Shown: piece by piece, positions 8,867-17,919 of the stretch | Layout: each line of letters begins with the position of its first letter | How positions within the stretch are numbered: position 1 is the first letter of the stretch | The notes under the pieces: model-generated | Told to the model about the DNA's origin: nothing | The model's input: only the letters and a program-made list of their open reading frames with translations | Databases searched by the model: none | Source: Nitrososphaerota archaeon | Lineage (GTDB): Archaea; Thermoproteota; Nitrososphaeria; Conexivisphaerales; UBA164 | Direction of reading: 5' to 3' | DNA length: 64,000 nt | NCBI GenBank assembly: GCA_009903795.1 | Contig: WYER01000031.1 | Coordinates: 40,080 to 104,079, forward strand | Position numbers and translations under genes: made by a program

Positions 8867-9217
8867 TCACAAAATTTTAATTTGAGGATAAAGCGAAAGA
8901 GCGAGCAAAAATATTCCCAAAAGAGCAAAGCCTGTGTTCAAAAAAGGATTGTTGTATCGAAAGTGTGCGAGTGCGAAACGTTTCGTGAAGATAAAAATTC
9001 CTCCTTCTGTAATTGAATCTAAAAATAGGTGTGAAAGTGCTGAAATGAAACCTTGAAGCGCGAAAATAACGAAAGAGAAGGGCAAGTTCACGTATTGAAA
9101 CCCGAAAGCGAGCAAAATTCCTAGAACGATGCCTAAAGCAGAACCTGTAAAGATCGAATGCGTTACCCACGTTCTTCGTGTCCCGAACCCTTTTCTCTCA
9201 TGTCCCGCGTGATCCAT
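8867..9217 (-). CDS. YdjM/DUF457-like membrane-bound metal-dependent hydrolase (N-terminus unresolved)
   Basis: SHLFLDSIT motif and TM helices. The frame stays open upstream to about 9312 (..LITHYIFAIGLLAF..) with no ATG/GTG/TTG, so the true start is unclear or damaged. Confidence 0.45.
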   Translation of the reverse strand: MDHAGHERKGFGTRRTWVTHSIFTGSALGIVLGILLAFGFQYVNLPFSFVIFALQGFISALSHLFLDSITEGGIFIFTKRFALAHFRYNNPFLNTGFALLGIFLLALSLYPQIKIL

Positions 9218-9323
9218 TACGAACGAAACAAGAAAGCCTAAAACGAGTGCTGAAAAAAGATAAGTAGGGAATAGGAAAGCTAGAAGTCCTATCGCAAATA
9301 TGTAGTGTGTTATGAGTTTCGTT

Positions 9324-9632
9324 TCACTTCACGCTTTCAAACGTTTGCTTTCTTTCAATGTATTTCACGAGTTTTTTCAAGCTGTTCCCGTCGTATCCTA
9401 AGTTCAAATATTCACTGAGGTAGAAACAGAGCCTGCTTTCAACTTGCCCTGCATACGCTCCGTAAATGTCTGCAAGCGCTTTGCTTACTTTTTCGGGTTC
9501 TTCAAGAATGTCTTCAGGATCGATCCCGTAAGCGTTCTTTAAGTGAAATTCTATTACTTGCGCGACAGTCTCTCCCTCTTCTGCAAAAGCGTCGCGAAAC
9601 GCTTGGGCGACTTTTTTCTTATCTAATTGCAT
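9324..9632 (-). CDS. hypothetical protein
   Basis: 102 aa ORF, overlapping the stop of the upstream gene by 14 nt. Confidence 0.4.
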   Translation of the reverse strand: MQLDKKKVAQAFRDAFAEEGETVAQVIEFHLKNAYGIDPEDILEEPEKVSKALADIYGAYAGQVESRLCFYLSEYLNLGYDGNSLKKLVKYIERKQTFESVK

Positions 9633-9999
9633 TTATCTCAACCCTCCTTATGAAGCGTCCGTCTTTCGAGAGCGTGTATACATAGCGATCGTCCTTCCAG
9701 ATTCCGCCTGTGCTTTTTATTTTTTCAACAAGCTCTTTGAGTTCTTTTGAGTCAGCGAAAGCCCACTCGCCTCCTGATTTCAGAGGGTTCCAAAGTGAGA
9801 AGGGTTTAGGCGTTCTCTTTCCGAGAACGAAAGTTAGAAAATCATAGGTCGCGGTTTTGCCTCCTTCTAATTGTTCTGTTCTTGTCATTTTTTCGATTCT
9901 AATGATTCTAAAGCCCTGTTTCAAAAGCTCGTTCACTTTGTCGATTTCGCTCACGACAGCAATTTCATCCACTTTCAACGCTTTGAATTCCTCGCTCAT
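9619..9999 (-). CDS. hypothetical protein
   Basis: Start moved from 10071 to ATG 9999 (MSEEFKALKV...), 21 nt from the shared T/A box at 10021-10028. Confidence 0.4.
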   Translation of the reverse strand: MSEEFKALKVDEIAVVSEIDKVNELLKQGFRIIRIEKMTRTEQLEGGKTATYDFLTFVLGKRTPKPFSLWNPLKSGGEWAFADSKELKELVEKIKSTGGIWKDDRYVYTLSKDGRFIRRVEINAIR

Positions 10000-10020
10000 T
10001 GGAATAATATAATTGAAGGG

Positions 10021-10028
10021 TTTAAAAA
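10021..10028. promoter_or_regulatory. central T/A box (tttaaaaa) shared by divergent starts at 9999(-) and 10049(+)
   Basis: gggtttaaaaatc. It lies 21 nt from the minus-strand ATG and 20 nt from the plus-strand GTG. The same geometry recurs at 32145-32152. Confidence 0.5.
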
Positions 10029-10048
10029 TCAAAATCGCCTTATCTTTT

Positions 10049-12784
10049 GTGAGAAAAGCGGTTTCTAGCACTCTCGCGGGTTTGATTGTTATAGGTATTG
10101 CCTTAGCTTCGATTTTTACGATCTACGCTCTTTACCTAAACGGCTTGCTTTTTGTTTCGCGAACAAACCAGCAAACGCTTTTTCTCGAATATAAGGCTCA
10201 AGAACGCCTCGCGCTTGTCGTTTCGGGTTCTAATTTAACTGTAATTAACGAGTGGGCGCATCCTTCGAAGATTGTTGATTTGCTTGAAATAGACCCGTCG
10301 AACAATTTGCATACTGTTCCCGTGAGCGTTGAAATTTTACCTAGACAAAATTACACGTTTGTTAATCTTTTGCAATCAGGATGGAAGTATGCTGTTCTCA
10401 CGTTTTACGGGAACGAGTTCTGGGCGCCTTACGGAATGATAAATCCTGCGAGTGAAATGTATACGCTTACGATGTCCGTTTATCCTTCAGGCGCGGGTCA
10501 AACAACTCCTGCGGTAGGCACTTACGTTTTGCCTTATGGGACGGTCGTGCATATTAGCGAAACGCCTGTCGGGAATAATTTGTTCTTATACTGGGTCGGT
10601 TCGGGTTATCAGAGTTATTCGGGGACTTCGCAAAATGCAACGATCTACATTTGGGGCAATATTACTGAAACGGCTTACTATGGCTATAAGATCACGTTTA
10701 ATGCAACAGGCTTGGGTTCTGATGCTGAAGGAACGGTATTGGTCGTGAACGGAAACTCTTATTCTTATTCGCAATTGCCCGTTACAGTAGACGTTCCAGG
10801 AGGTCAATCCGTGAGTTATTCTTTCTATTCGCCTGTTTATTCAACAATAAACGGTAAAAGGTACGTTTGGGTTTCGACAACTGGCTTAGATAATAAGCAA
10901 TCAGACACATTCACGCCTACGCAGTCAGGAAGCATTATAGGGAATTACGAAACTCAATATGAACTTATTATGAGCGTGTATCCTTCGGGCGCGGGTTCTA
11001 CTACTCCGAGCGGTTCTTCGTGGTATAATGCTGGGTCAAACGTTAAGATTTCGGCAACCGCGAATTCGGGTTATCAGTTTGCTTCGTGGAGCGGTTCAGG
11101 GTCTAGCTCTTATTCAGGAACGAGCAATCCTGTGACAATTACAATGAATTCGCCTGTGAATGAAACTGCAATCTTTAATATTGAGGTAATTATTCAAAAC
11201 ACGTTCGGAGGATCAGCTTCGGCATCGTATAACGGGCAGACATATCAATCTAATACTTCATTTTACGTGGCTCCTAATTCGCAAGTTACATTCACTGCAT
11301 CTCCGAATCAAGGCTACTTTTTTGACAAATGGGTTGGAACGCAATCAAGCACGAACAATCCTTTGAATTTAACAATTACTCAACCCACGAATGAAACGGC
11401 AGAATTCGGTTTCTATATTACTTTCAGTACCACAGGTTTGGGTTCTAATGCAGAAGGAACAGTTCTTTCGGTTGACGGACAAGGCTATACTTACTCGCAA
11501 TTACCTGTAACTATTGCCGTGAATTACGGACAATCTGTTAGTTATTCATTTTATTCGCCTGTTTATGCTTCAACAAATGGAGTAAGGTACGTGTGGGTTT
11601 CAACTTCAGGTTTGGATAATAAACAAACGGATAATTTTATACCGCATCAATCTGGGGACGTTATAGGAAATTATGCGTCACAATATGAACTTATCATGAG
11701 TGTGTATCCATCAGGCGCAGGAACAACGAACCCAAGCGGAACAACATGGTATAACGCAGGAACGAATGTGCAAATTTCAGCAACGCCTAACGCGGGTTAT
11801 ATGTTTGCGTCATGGAGTGGGGTCGGAACAATTTCATACTCAGGAACGAATAATCCTGCTACTGTAACAATGAATAGTCCTATTAACGAAACGGCTAACT
11901 TTGGCATTCAGGTAACTATTCAAAATACGTTCGGAGGGATTGCAACAGCATCTTATAACGGGCAGACGTATTATTCAAACACATCGTTCTTTGTTACTTA
12001 CGGTTCTCAAGTAACCTTTACAGCGTCCGCGGATCAAGGCTATTTCTTTGATATGTGGACAGGGACAGTTCAAAGTTCAAGCGCGACTTTGACTGTTATA
12101 ATTACTTCGCCTACGAGCGAAACTGCAGAATTCGGGTATTACATTACGTTCGGGGTTTCGGGCATGAATTCAAGCGCTCAAGGGACAGTTCTCACGCTCG
12201 ACGGAAACACTTACACGTATTCACAATTACCCGTGACAATCGCAGTGAATTATGGGCAATCAGTAAGCTATTCGTTCTCTTCGCCTGTCTCAACCTCGCT
12301 TTCGGACTTGCAATTCGTTTGGGTTTCAACTTCGGGCTTAGACAATAAGCAGTCAGACACTTTCACGCCTCATCAAGCAGGAAGTGTTATTGGAAACTAT
12401 GAAAGCGAATACTTTTATTACTTCAATCAGACGGGCATTCCTTCGAACGGTCCCGATTGGACTTTGAACGTGAACGGGCAAACTTACACTCTTACCCCGA
12501 CGCAGACTTTGAAGATTGTTTCAACGTCTTCTTCGCTTTCATGGACTGCATACAATACGAGCACGAACGGGGTTGTATATTATCCGTCGCCTAGCTCAGG
12601 AACCGCGCATCCTGGAACTAACACGATACACTATAATTCCGAAGTTACAGCAACAGGCATTTCAAACGAGTTTGTCTTAGTTTTGAATCCAAAGTTTTGG
12701 TTCTTTTTATTGAAAGTTCAAGTAGAGTATGTAATGCTTATTGTCTCACTGCTTGATGCCGTTCCTGAGCTCGGGTTAGCGTAA
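10049..12784 (+). CDS. large surface protein with a class III pilin-like leader and B-repeat-like tandem modules
   Basis: A GTG start at 10049 gives MRKAVSSTLAGLIVIGIALASIF. It is followed by repeated YELIMSVYPSGAG..GY.FASWSG..SYSGT.NP.T.TMNSP.NETA modules. The ORF track start (TTG 10013) probably over-extends. Confidence 0.7.
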   Translation: MRKAVSSTLAGLIVIGIALASIFTIYALYLNGLLFVSRTNQQTLFLEYKAQERLALVVSGSNLTVINEWAHPSKIVDLLEIDPSNNLHTVPVSVEILPRQNYTFVNLLQSGWKYAVLTFYGNEFWAPYGMINPASEMYTLTMSVYPSGAGQTTPAVGTYVLPYGTVVHISETPVGNNLFLYWVGSGYQSYSGTSQNATIYIWGNITETAYYGYKITFNATGLGSDAEGTVLVVNGNSYSYSQLPVTVDVPGGQSVSYSFYSPVYSTINGKRYVWVSTTGLDNKQSDTFTPTQSGSIIGNYETQYELIMSVYPSGAGSTTPSGSSWYNAGSNVKISATANSGYQFASWSGSGSSSYSGTSNPVTITMNSPVNETAIFNIEVIIQNTFGGSASASYNGQTYQSNTSFYVAPNSQVTFTASPNQGYFFDKWVGTQSSTNNPLNLTITQPTNETAEFGFYITFSTTGLGSNAEGTVLSVDGQGYTYSQLPVTIAVNYGQSVSYSFYSPVYASTNGVRYVWVSTSGLDNKQTDNFIPHQSGDVIGNYASQYELIMSVYPSGAGTTNPSGTTWYNAGTNVQISATPNAGYMFASWSGVGTISYSGTNNPATVTMNSPINETANFGIQVTIQNTFGGIATASYNGQTYYSNTSFFVTYGSQVTFTASADQGYFFDMWTGTVQSSSATLTVIITSPTSETAEFGYYITFGVSGMNSSAQGTVLTLDGNTYTYSQLPVTIAVNYGQSVSYSFSSPVSTSLSDLQFVWVSTSGLDNKQSDTFTPHQAGSVIGNYESEYFYYFNQTGIPSNGPDWTLNVNGQTYTLTPTQTLKIVSTSSSLSWTAYNTSTNGVVYYPSPSSGTAHPGTNTIHYNSEVTATGISNEFVLVLNPKFWFFLLKVQVEYVMLIVSLLDAVPELGLA
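10685..12410 (+). repeat. in-frame tandem repeat, period 726-729 bp, about 2.4 copies
   Basis: Unit starts at 10685 (YKITFNATGLGSDAEG), 11414 (YITFSTTGLGSNAEG) and 12140 (YITFGVSGMNSSAQG). Long near-identical peptide stretches between units. Confidence 0.8.
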
Positions 12785-15700
12785 TACTTGTTGGAATAGT
12801 ATTTGTTCACGGGTACAGTTATCGGACTTTGAACGCTCCAGCTTACTGTTCCCGATAAGCCTGTGAACGTAATGCTTTGCCCTGCTTGAGCCGTTTGTGA
12901 TTGTCCGTTTACTGTTACTGTCCACGTTACTGGTTGTCCTGTAACTGGGTTTGTGGAAGGCAGACCTGATTCAGTGAAGGTTAATGAATACGTATTAGGT
13001 GGAGCTTGAACGGTTATTGTTATTGTTTGTGAATTAGCCGTGTTTCCTGTTTTCGCGTCTTGGATTTCAATATACGTGCTATACGTTCCTGCTTGCGAAA
13101 AAGTGTATTGAATGGTCGCGCTAGCGCTCGGTCCTACTGTATTTCCTACGGGATTACCGTCAACGTATAGTGTGAAATAATAGCTTCCTGAACCGCCAGA
13201 ACCTGAAGCCGAGTAGGTAACCGTAAGAGGTTGAGTGCCTGAAGTCGGGTTTGCAGAAGCCGTAACACTCAAACCTTTATAGAACGTTATTGTCTGAGAA
13301 CCCGTGTTTGAGAACGAGCCTGTCGAAGGTGTTCCCGAATAGCCCGAAGGATTAATCACGCCCCATGTGTATGTTTGTCCTGTCGCGAAAGTTTCGGTAA
13401 GGCTCGTGCCTGTTGTATAGTATGATTGCCCGTTTACTGTTACGCCCCATTTCGTTCCGCTAGGTAATCCGCTTTCATACCACGTGTACTGGAAGCTCGT
13501 TTGAGTAAACGTTATTGTCTGAGAACCAGGACCTGAGAAAGATCCTGAAGCAGGCGAACCTGAATAGTCTGTCGGATTAATCACGCTCCACGAATAAGTC
13601 TGTCCCGCGCTGAACGTTTCTGTCAAGCTCGAACTTGTAGTGTAATAGTTATTACCGTTTACCGAAACTCCCCACTGAGTCCCGCTCGGAAGCCCGCTTT
13701 CTGTCCACGTGTAGTTAAACGTCGAGCTTGAAGGAACGTAATTAATACTCACGGTCGCGTTTGTTGTCACTGAACCTGAAGAAGGTACAGCAACGTAAAC
13801 ATATTTAACGACGCGATTGTAAAACGTGACGCTCGTAGGTGAAATTTGCCAATTGTAAGTTCCTGGAGGCAAGTAGAACGTTACTGTCGGTTGAGTAAGA
13901 GTGTTTCCTGATTGAGATTGCCCGTTGCTTAACGTAATAGTAAAGCCGATAACAGAAAGAGCGTTTGTGCTTACTGTAAACTTCAAGTAGGTTGTGTATT
14001 TATAGTTAGCAGTAACAGAACCCGTGCCTCCTGTATCAACAATATCTATCGGGTTGTTGTTTGCAGAATACCCTCGTGCAGGCTGAACAAATCCCGTGAA
14101 GCTCCACGAAGTAAATGCATAGCCTGAATTCGGGTTGTCAGTCAGTTGAAGCTTCGTTCCCCACGTTACATACACGGTCTGATTTTGCCCCGCGCTTACT
14201 GTTCCCGAAGAACTACCGTAAACATACCCTGAAACTAAAGACCACGAAACAGACCCACCTTGCCCAGCGTTAATTGTTACGGCATAATAAGGCACGTAAT
14301 TGACGGTAATAATGTTTGTATTATTCTCAGTATTGCCCGTGATTTCAAAGGTTACCGAATTGCTCGTCTTTGAAAGCACGTCTATTGCGCTCGTGGAGAT
14401 TGAAGAAGGAACGTAATATATGCTCCCTGCTTGTATAACAGGGAAAGTAATGTTATAAATGTAATACGAGTTTGTCGTGTAATCAAAGCCTGGTTCTTTG
14501 ATCGAAACAGGAGAGCCGTAAACAATGTTCGTGCTTTGCTTTTGCCCGTTCTGATAAATCACAAAGCTCCACGATTGCCCGCTCGGTAACCCGCGTTCAC
14601 TAATGTAATCGATAAAGTTAAACCACGTGAGATAGACAGTAATATTTCCAGGCGCGTTCACTTGCGTAAGAACATTATAAACGTATGTGTTGCCCGATGT
14701 AGTCTTTGTGATTGAATTGTAATTGATTGAAATGCCCGACGGTGCAGTGATTGAAGAACTGTAAGGTTGAGCAATGTAATAATCTTCTTCAGGTGTAAGT
14801 TCGAATGTTTGATAACCCCCAGCTGGAACCCATACTGTCTGTGGGTTTGAAAAACCGTAATTAGGGATGAAAAACACGTTCACTTCGTAATATGTTGAAT
14901 ATGAAATTTGTTGGGTTACGTTTTGAGTACCGACTGAAATAGTACCGCTCGCTTGTGAAGTCTGATACTTTGTTCCACCTGACGTGTAAGACGGCATTAC
15001 AGAGTAGGATAAGGTCGTGTCTTGAGGAATTCCTGTGAATACTATCGGGTTAGGAGTAGTCGCCTGTTCTGTCACGCTTCCTAACTTTGCCCACCACGTA
15101 ATTCCATTTGGAAGCCCTGTTTCTGTAAAAGTCACAGTATACGTATGTCCTAAATAAGTAATGCCTTGCTCAAACGTCCCATTGTTGCCCGAAGATAACG
15201 TGAAGTAGCCTGAAGATGGGTTTGCCGATGCATTAGCAGTCCCGTAAAGCGAGGTATATGTTAGCACAGGAGTAATGTTCCATGAATAAGAACCAACAGG
15301 TATTCCTTTCCACTTGAACGTAGCAACAGCATAAGAAAATAGAATATTGGCAGACGTAAGAGTTTGAGTTTGCGTTTGCTTGGTACCATTCGGGAAAGTT
15401 AAAGTTAAAGAAACAGTCTCACCATCAGCCCATATAGGAGCCGAAACGTCAAACGTCACAGAAGTTTGCACGACAATCGGATAAAGCTTAAACCATGGAC
15501 CGTTATATGCTTGCGCAAAACTATTTGATGGCAAATTAAAAGTCCACGGGTTTGAAGACGAAGTATATTCCACATTCGAACGCACATTACTTATTTCTAG
15601 CATATACCATTCAGTAAACACGTAACCCGAGAGAGGGGTATCATAGAAAGACGGAGAACTTCCTGCGGGGAAGTAGACAGATGTTGAAGAAGGAGGCGAT

Positions 15701-16557
15701 TCAACAACACCTTGAAGCTGAAAGTTTAGGTTCTGAAAAGGTAATGTCCACGACACTTTTGATTCGCCTGGTTCGATAGTTACAGATATTCCCCAAGCCC
15801 AATCGTTCGCGCTCCAAATTGTTCCTGATTCGTAGAGCCATGGCTTCGGAGATTGCCACGTGATATACGCGTATTTCATTTCAAGCCCGTTAGGATCGTA
15901 AACTGTAAATAATTCTTTATTAGCATAATAAAGAACTGAACCCGAATATTTTAAAGAAACAGAACCGCTCACGACAGTAGAACTTCCTACGGGTTGTACT
16001 TCTACATTAAGCGTAAAACTATTTTGTGAAACGAGCGAAGGTGGGACTAGCGAGTTATTGTTTGCAAAAGCAACCCCTCCGACAAATGAAATGTAATATT
16101 CATGTGAAGTTGTGATATAATCCCAGATCGCAGGATCTATAATAGTCAATTTCACAGGGAAAAACGCAATCGCAGTAATAGAAGTAGTGACGTCGTTAAA
16201 GGTTAAAGTTTGCGAAGTTGAAAAAGTGAATTTTGTTGAAGACGTGATCATTGAATAAGGCTCAAACGTGTAATTCCACCCATAGAATCCGAAGCCGTTG
16301 TCAGGAATCGCGGTAAACGTGACAGACGCTCCTTCTGGTATCTTAATCGTTTCTATCGTAGACGTATTGAAAGGACCATACGTAACGCCCCCATAAGTGT
16401 ATGTGATTTCAACAATGCCTCCAGGGTCGTTCTTTGCTGTAACCGTAACGTATTTCGTAGCCAAAGGATGCGCGAAAGAAACATTTGAAACCGCGATAAT
16501 GCTAAGTAAGATAAAAGCTATTAGAACCAAAACTTTTAGTAAAGCGATTTTTTGCAT
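12718..16557 (-). CDS. giant secreted repeat protein (signal peptide, GLPxGxxW beta-modules, PKD-like domain)
   Basis: 1279 aa. N-terminus MQKIALLKVLVLIAFILLSIIAVSNVSFA. Repeated (F/Y)TESGLPSGT.W modules. PKD-like LSVTASANPTSGTQPLTVTYSASGSGG. Many N-x-S/T sequons. Confidence 0.75.
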   Translation of the reverse strand: MQKIALLKVLVLIAFILLSIIAVSNVSFAHPLATKYVTVTAKNDPGGIVEITYTYGGVTYGPFNTSTIETIKIPEGASVTFTAIPDNGFGFYGWNYTFEPYSMITSSTKFTFSTSQTLTFNDVTTSITAIAFFPVKLTIIDPAIWDYITTSHEYYISFVGGVAFANNNSLVPPSLVSQNSFTLNVEVQPVGSSTVVSGSVSLKYSGSVLYYANKELFTVYDPNGLEMKYAYITWQSPKPWLYESGTIWSANDWAWGISVTIEPGESKVSWTLPFQNLNFQLQGVVESPPSSTSVYFPAGSSPSFYDTPLSGYVFTEWYMLEISNVRSNVEYTSSSNPWTFNLPSNSFAQAYNGPWFKLYPIVVQTSVTFDVSAPIWADGETVSLTLTFPNGTKQTQTQTLTSANILFSYAVATFKWKGIPVGSYSWNITPVLTYTSLYGTANASANPSSGYFTLSSGNNGTFEQGITYLGHTYTVTFTETGLPNGITWWAKLGSVTEQATTPNPIVFTGIPQDTTLSYSVMPSYTSGGTKYQTSQASGTISVGTQNVTQQISYSTYYEVNVFFIPNYGFSNPQTVWVPAGGYQTFELTPEEDYYIAQPYSSSITAPSGISINYNSITKTTSGNTYVYNVLTQVNAPGNITVYLTWFNFIDYISERGLPSGQSWSFVIYQNGQKQSTNIVYGSPVSIKEPGFDYTTNSYYIYNITFPVIQAGSIYYVPSSISTSAIDVLSKTSNSVTFEITGNTENNTNIITVNYVPYYAVTINAGQGGSVSWSLVSGYVYGSSSGTVSAGQNQTVYVTWGTKLQLTDNPNSGYAFTSWSFTGFVQPARGYSANNNPIDIVDTGGTGSVTANYKYTTYLKFTVSTNALSVIGFTITLSNGQSQSGNTLTQPTVTFYLPPGTYNWQISPTSVTFYNRVVKYVYVAVPSSGSVTTNATVSINYVPSSSTFNYTWTESGLPSGTQWGVSVNGNNYYTTSSSLTETFSAGQTYSWSVINPTDYSGSPASGSFSGPGSQTITFTQTSFQYTWYESGLPSGTKWGVTVNGQSYYTTGTSLTETFATGQTYTWGVINPSGYSGTPSTGSFSNTGSQTITFYKGLSVTASANPTSGTQPLTVTYSASGSGGSGSYYFTLYVDGNPVGNTVGPSASATIQYTFSQAGTYSTYIEIQDAKTGNTANSQTITITVQAPPNTYSLTFTESGLPSTNPVTGQPVTWTVTVNGQSQTAQAGQSITFTGLSGTVSWSVQSPITVPVNKYYSNKYYANPSSGTASSSETISITYST
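13273..13719 (-). repeat. two adjacent 74-75 aa modules (about 225 bp each) inside the giant protein
   Basis: FNYTWTESGLPSGTQWGVSVNG... compared with FQYTWYESGLPSGTKWGVTVNG.... Coordinates derived by counting codons back from the stop. Confidence 0.75.
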
Positions 16558-16625
16558 TCAAACAAAAATAAAGTGTTTGATTTAAAAACCAAATTTGTTA
16601 TGCCAAACCGTTTTCTGGATTGTTC

Positions 16626-17150
16626 TTAAAACCATGCGATCATGAGTAATAAAGGTAATGCTAATAAGAACAAAAGTAGGATTAGTTTAAAAATTGTTTC
16701 ATCTCTCATATTTTGCAAGTCTTGTTCGTGTTGCGGGAAATTCTTTTTCACATATTTGTCAAGAACTAACGCGCCGTTCTTGACATAGAGAAACAGAGGC
16801 GCTTTCCTTTTCCTATCGTAACCCAAAGAAAAAATCGCGTGTGAAAATTCAGTAATCAAGCCTCCTTTTTCTCTAGCTTTGTCTTTATATTTCCTATAAA
16901 TTTGCCCAAAATACTGCTCTACGTAGCGTCCAAATTCGTTCATATCATACCAGAAATGTTCGTTCCATTGTTTTGTTTCAAACATGAAGTCTTTATACTC
17001 GGGCTTGAAAAGCACGCCTGAATAAACTACGATAAAACCATACGTTATCTTCGGCAATGTATAAACTTGATTCTGTACAAAACCTATGAGACCTGGAATT
17101 TGTTCTTTAGGAGGGATTATGTCGTAATAAGTTGTCAATGGTTTAATCAT
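16626..17150 (-). CDS. tail-anchored membrane protein, unknown function
   Basis: 174 aa with a C-terminal hydrophobic segment ILLLFLLALPLLLMIAWF. Confidence 0.4.
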   Translation of the reverse strand: MIKPLTTYYDIIPPKEQIPGLIGFVQNQVYTLPKITYGFIVVYSGVLFKPEYKDFMFETKQWNEHFWYDMNEFGRYVEQYFGQIYRKYKDKAREKGGLITEFSHAIFSLGYDRKRKAPLFLYVKNGALVLDKYVKKNFPQHEQDLQNMRDETIFKLILLLFLLALPLLLMIAWF

Positions 17151-17162
17151 TTTTTATTCGCC

Positions 17163-17816
17163 TTATAGGGGATAGTTCGGTGTCCAAGGAATTTGAGTTT
17201 CGTACGCGCTTCCATTTGAAAAATAAAACCAAATTGGAAGCCCCTGTCCTATTGTTGACGCGTTCCAAACAATAACCGTTGAATGTGGAGGTATATTAAC
17301 GTATGCTATTTCAAACGAAGTTGCGTTGCCTTGCCACGCCTGTGAATAATGCGTTTCATTGGTAGTCCAAGGAGCAGGTAAAGGCGCTGGAGTATCTCTT
17401 CCTTGAGGTAAATAAATTACGATCTTCACGATAGGCACGTTCGCATTATTAGTCACGTTAAGGGCATACAATTCTGTGAAAGCTTTGCATGAACCGTACC
17501 ACGTGAACACGCCTGAACCCATAGGTTGCGTCGCATTCCATCCCACGCCCAACGTTCCCCACGCACCAGTGTCATTTCCTGTAATATAGTGCGTGTTTCC
17601 GTTGAACAAAACTTCTTCTCCTACATTAAAGGAGACAGGCGGTTTGGGTGGAGGAGGCACGCCTACTAACCCTCCTGTCAGTTTGTATGCTTCTTGTCCT
17701 GCTTGAGTTTCAAGGGCTAAAAAGCTTGCTGGATTTGCTATGAAGGCTATGATGCCTGCTGAGAGTATTATTAGTGCGAGTATCCCGATGCCCGCTAACG
17801 CTAGACCTTTGTTCAT
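17163..17816 (-). CDS. secreted or anchored glycoprotein-like protein
   Basis: N-terminal anchor MNKGLALAGIGILALIILSAGIIAF, a PPPPKPP linker and many N-x-S/T sequons. Confidence 0.45.
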   Translation of the reverse strand: MNKGLALAGIGILALIILSAGIIAFIANPASFLALETQAGQEAYKLTGGLVGVPPPPKPPVSFNVGEEVLFNGNTHYITGNDTGAWGTLGVGWNATQPMGSGVFTWYGSCKAFTELYALNVTNNANVPIVKIVIYLPQGRDTPAPLPAPWTTNETHYSQAWQGNATSFEIAYVNIPPHSTVIVWNASTIGQGLPIWFYFSNGSAYETQIPWTPNYPL

Positions 17817-17919
17817 ACGAATAAATTATAGAACGCTTATATATAAGCACGACGTTCTCTCGCAAAAATCTTTTGCTCGCTCGCTTTCGGGCTTTTAAAG
17901 CTCTTTCACATGAAAAACC

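Noticed and set aside
12718-12784. The 67 nt convergent overlap of the two giant genes as a sign of a frameshift or fusion
   Set aside because: Both frames are open and each protein has a plausible C-terminus. Nothing in the sequence forces a correction, so both were left as annotated, with the uncertainty noted.
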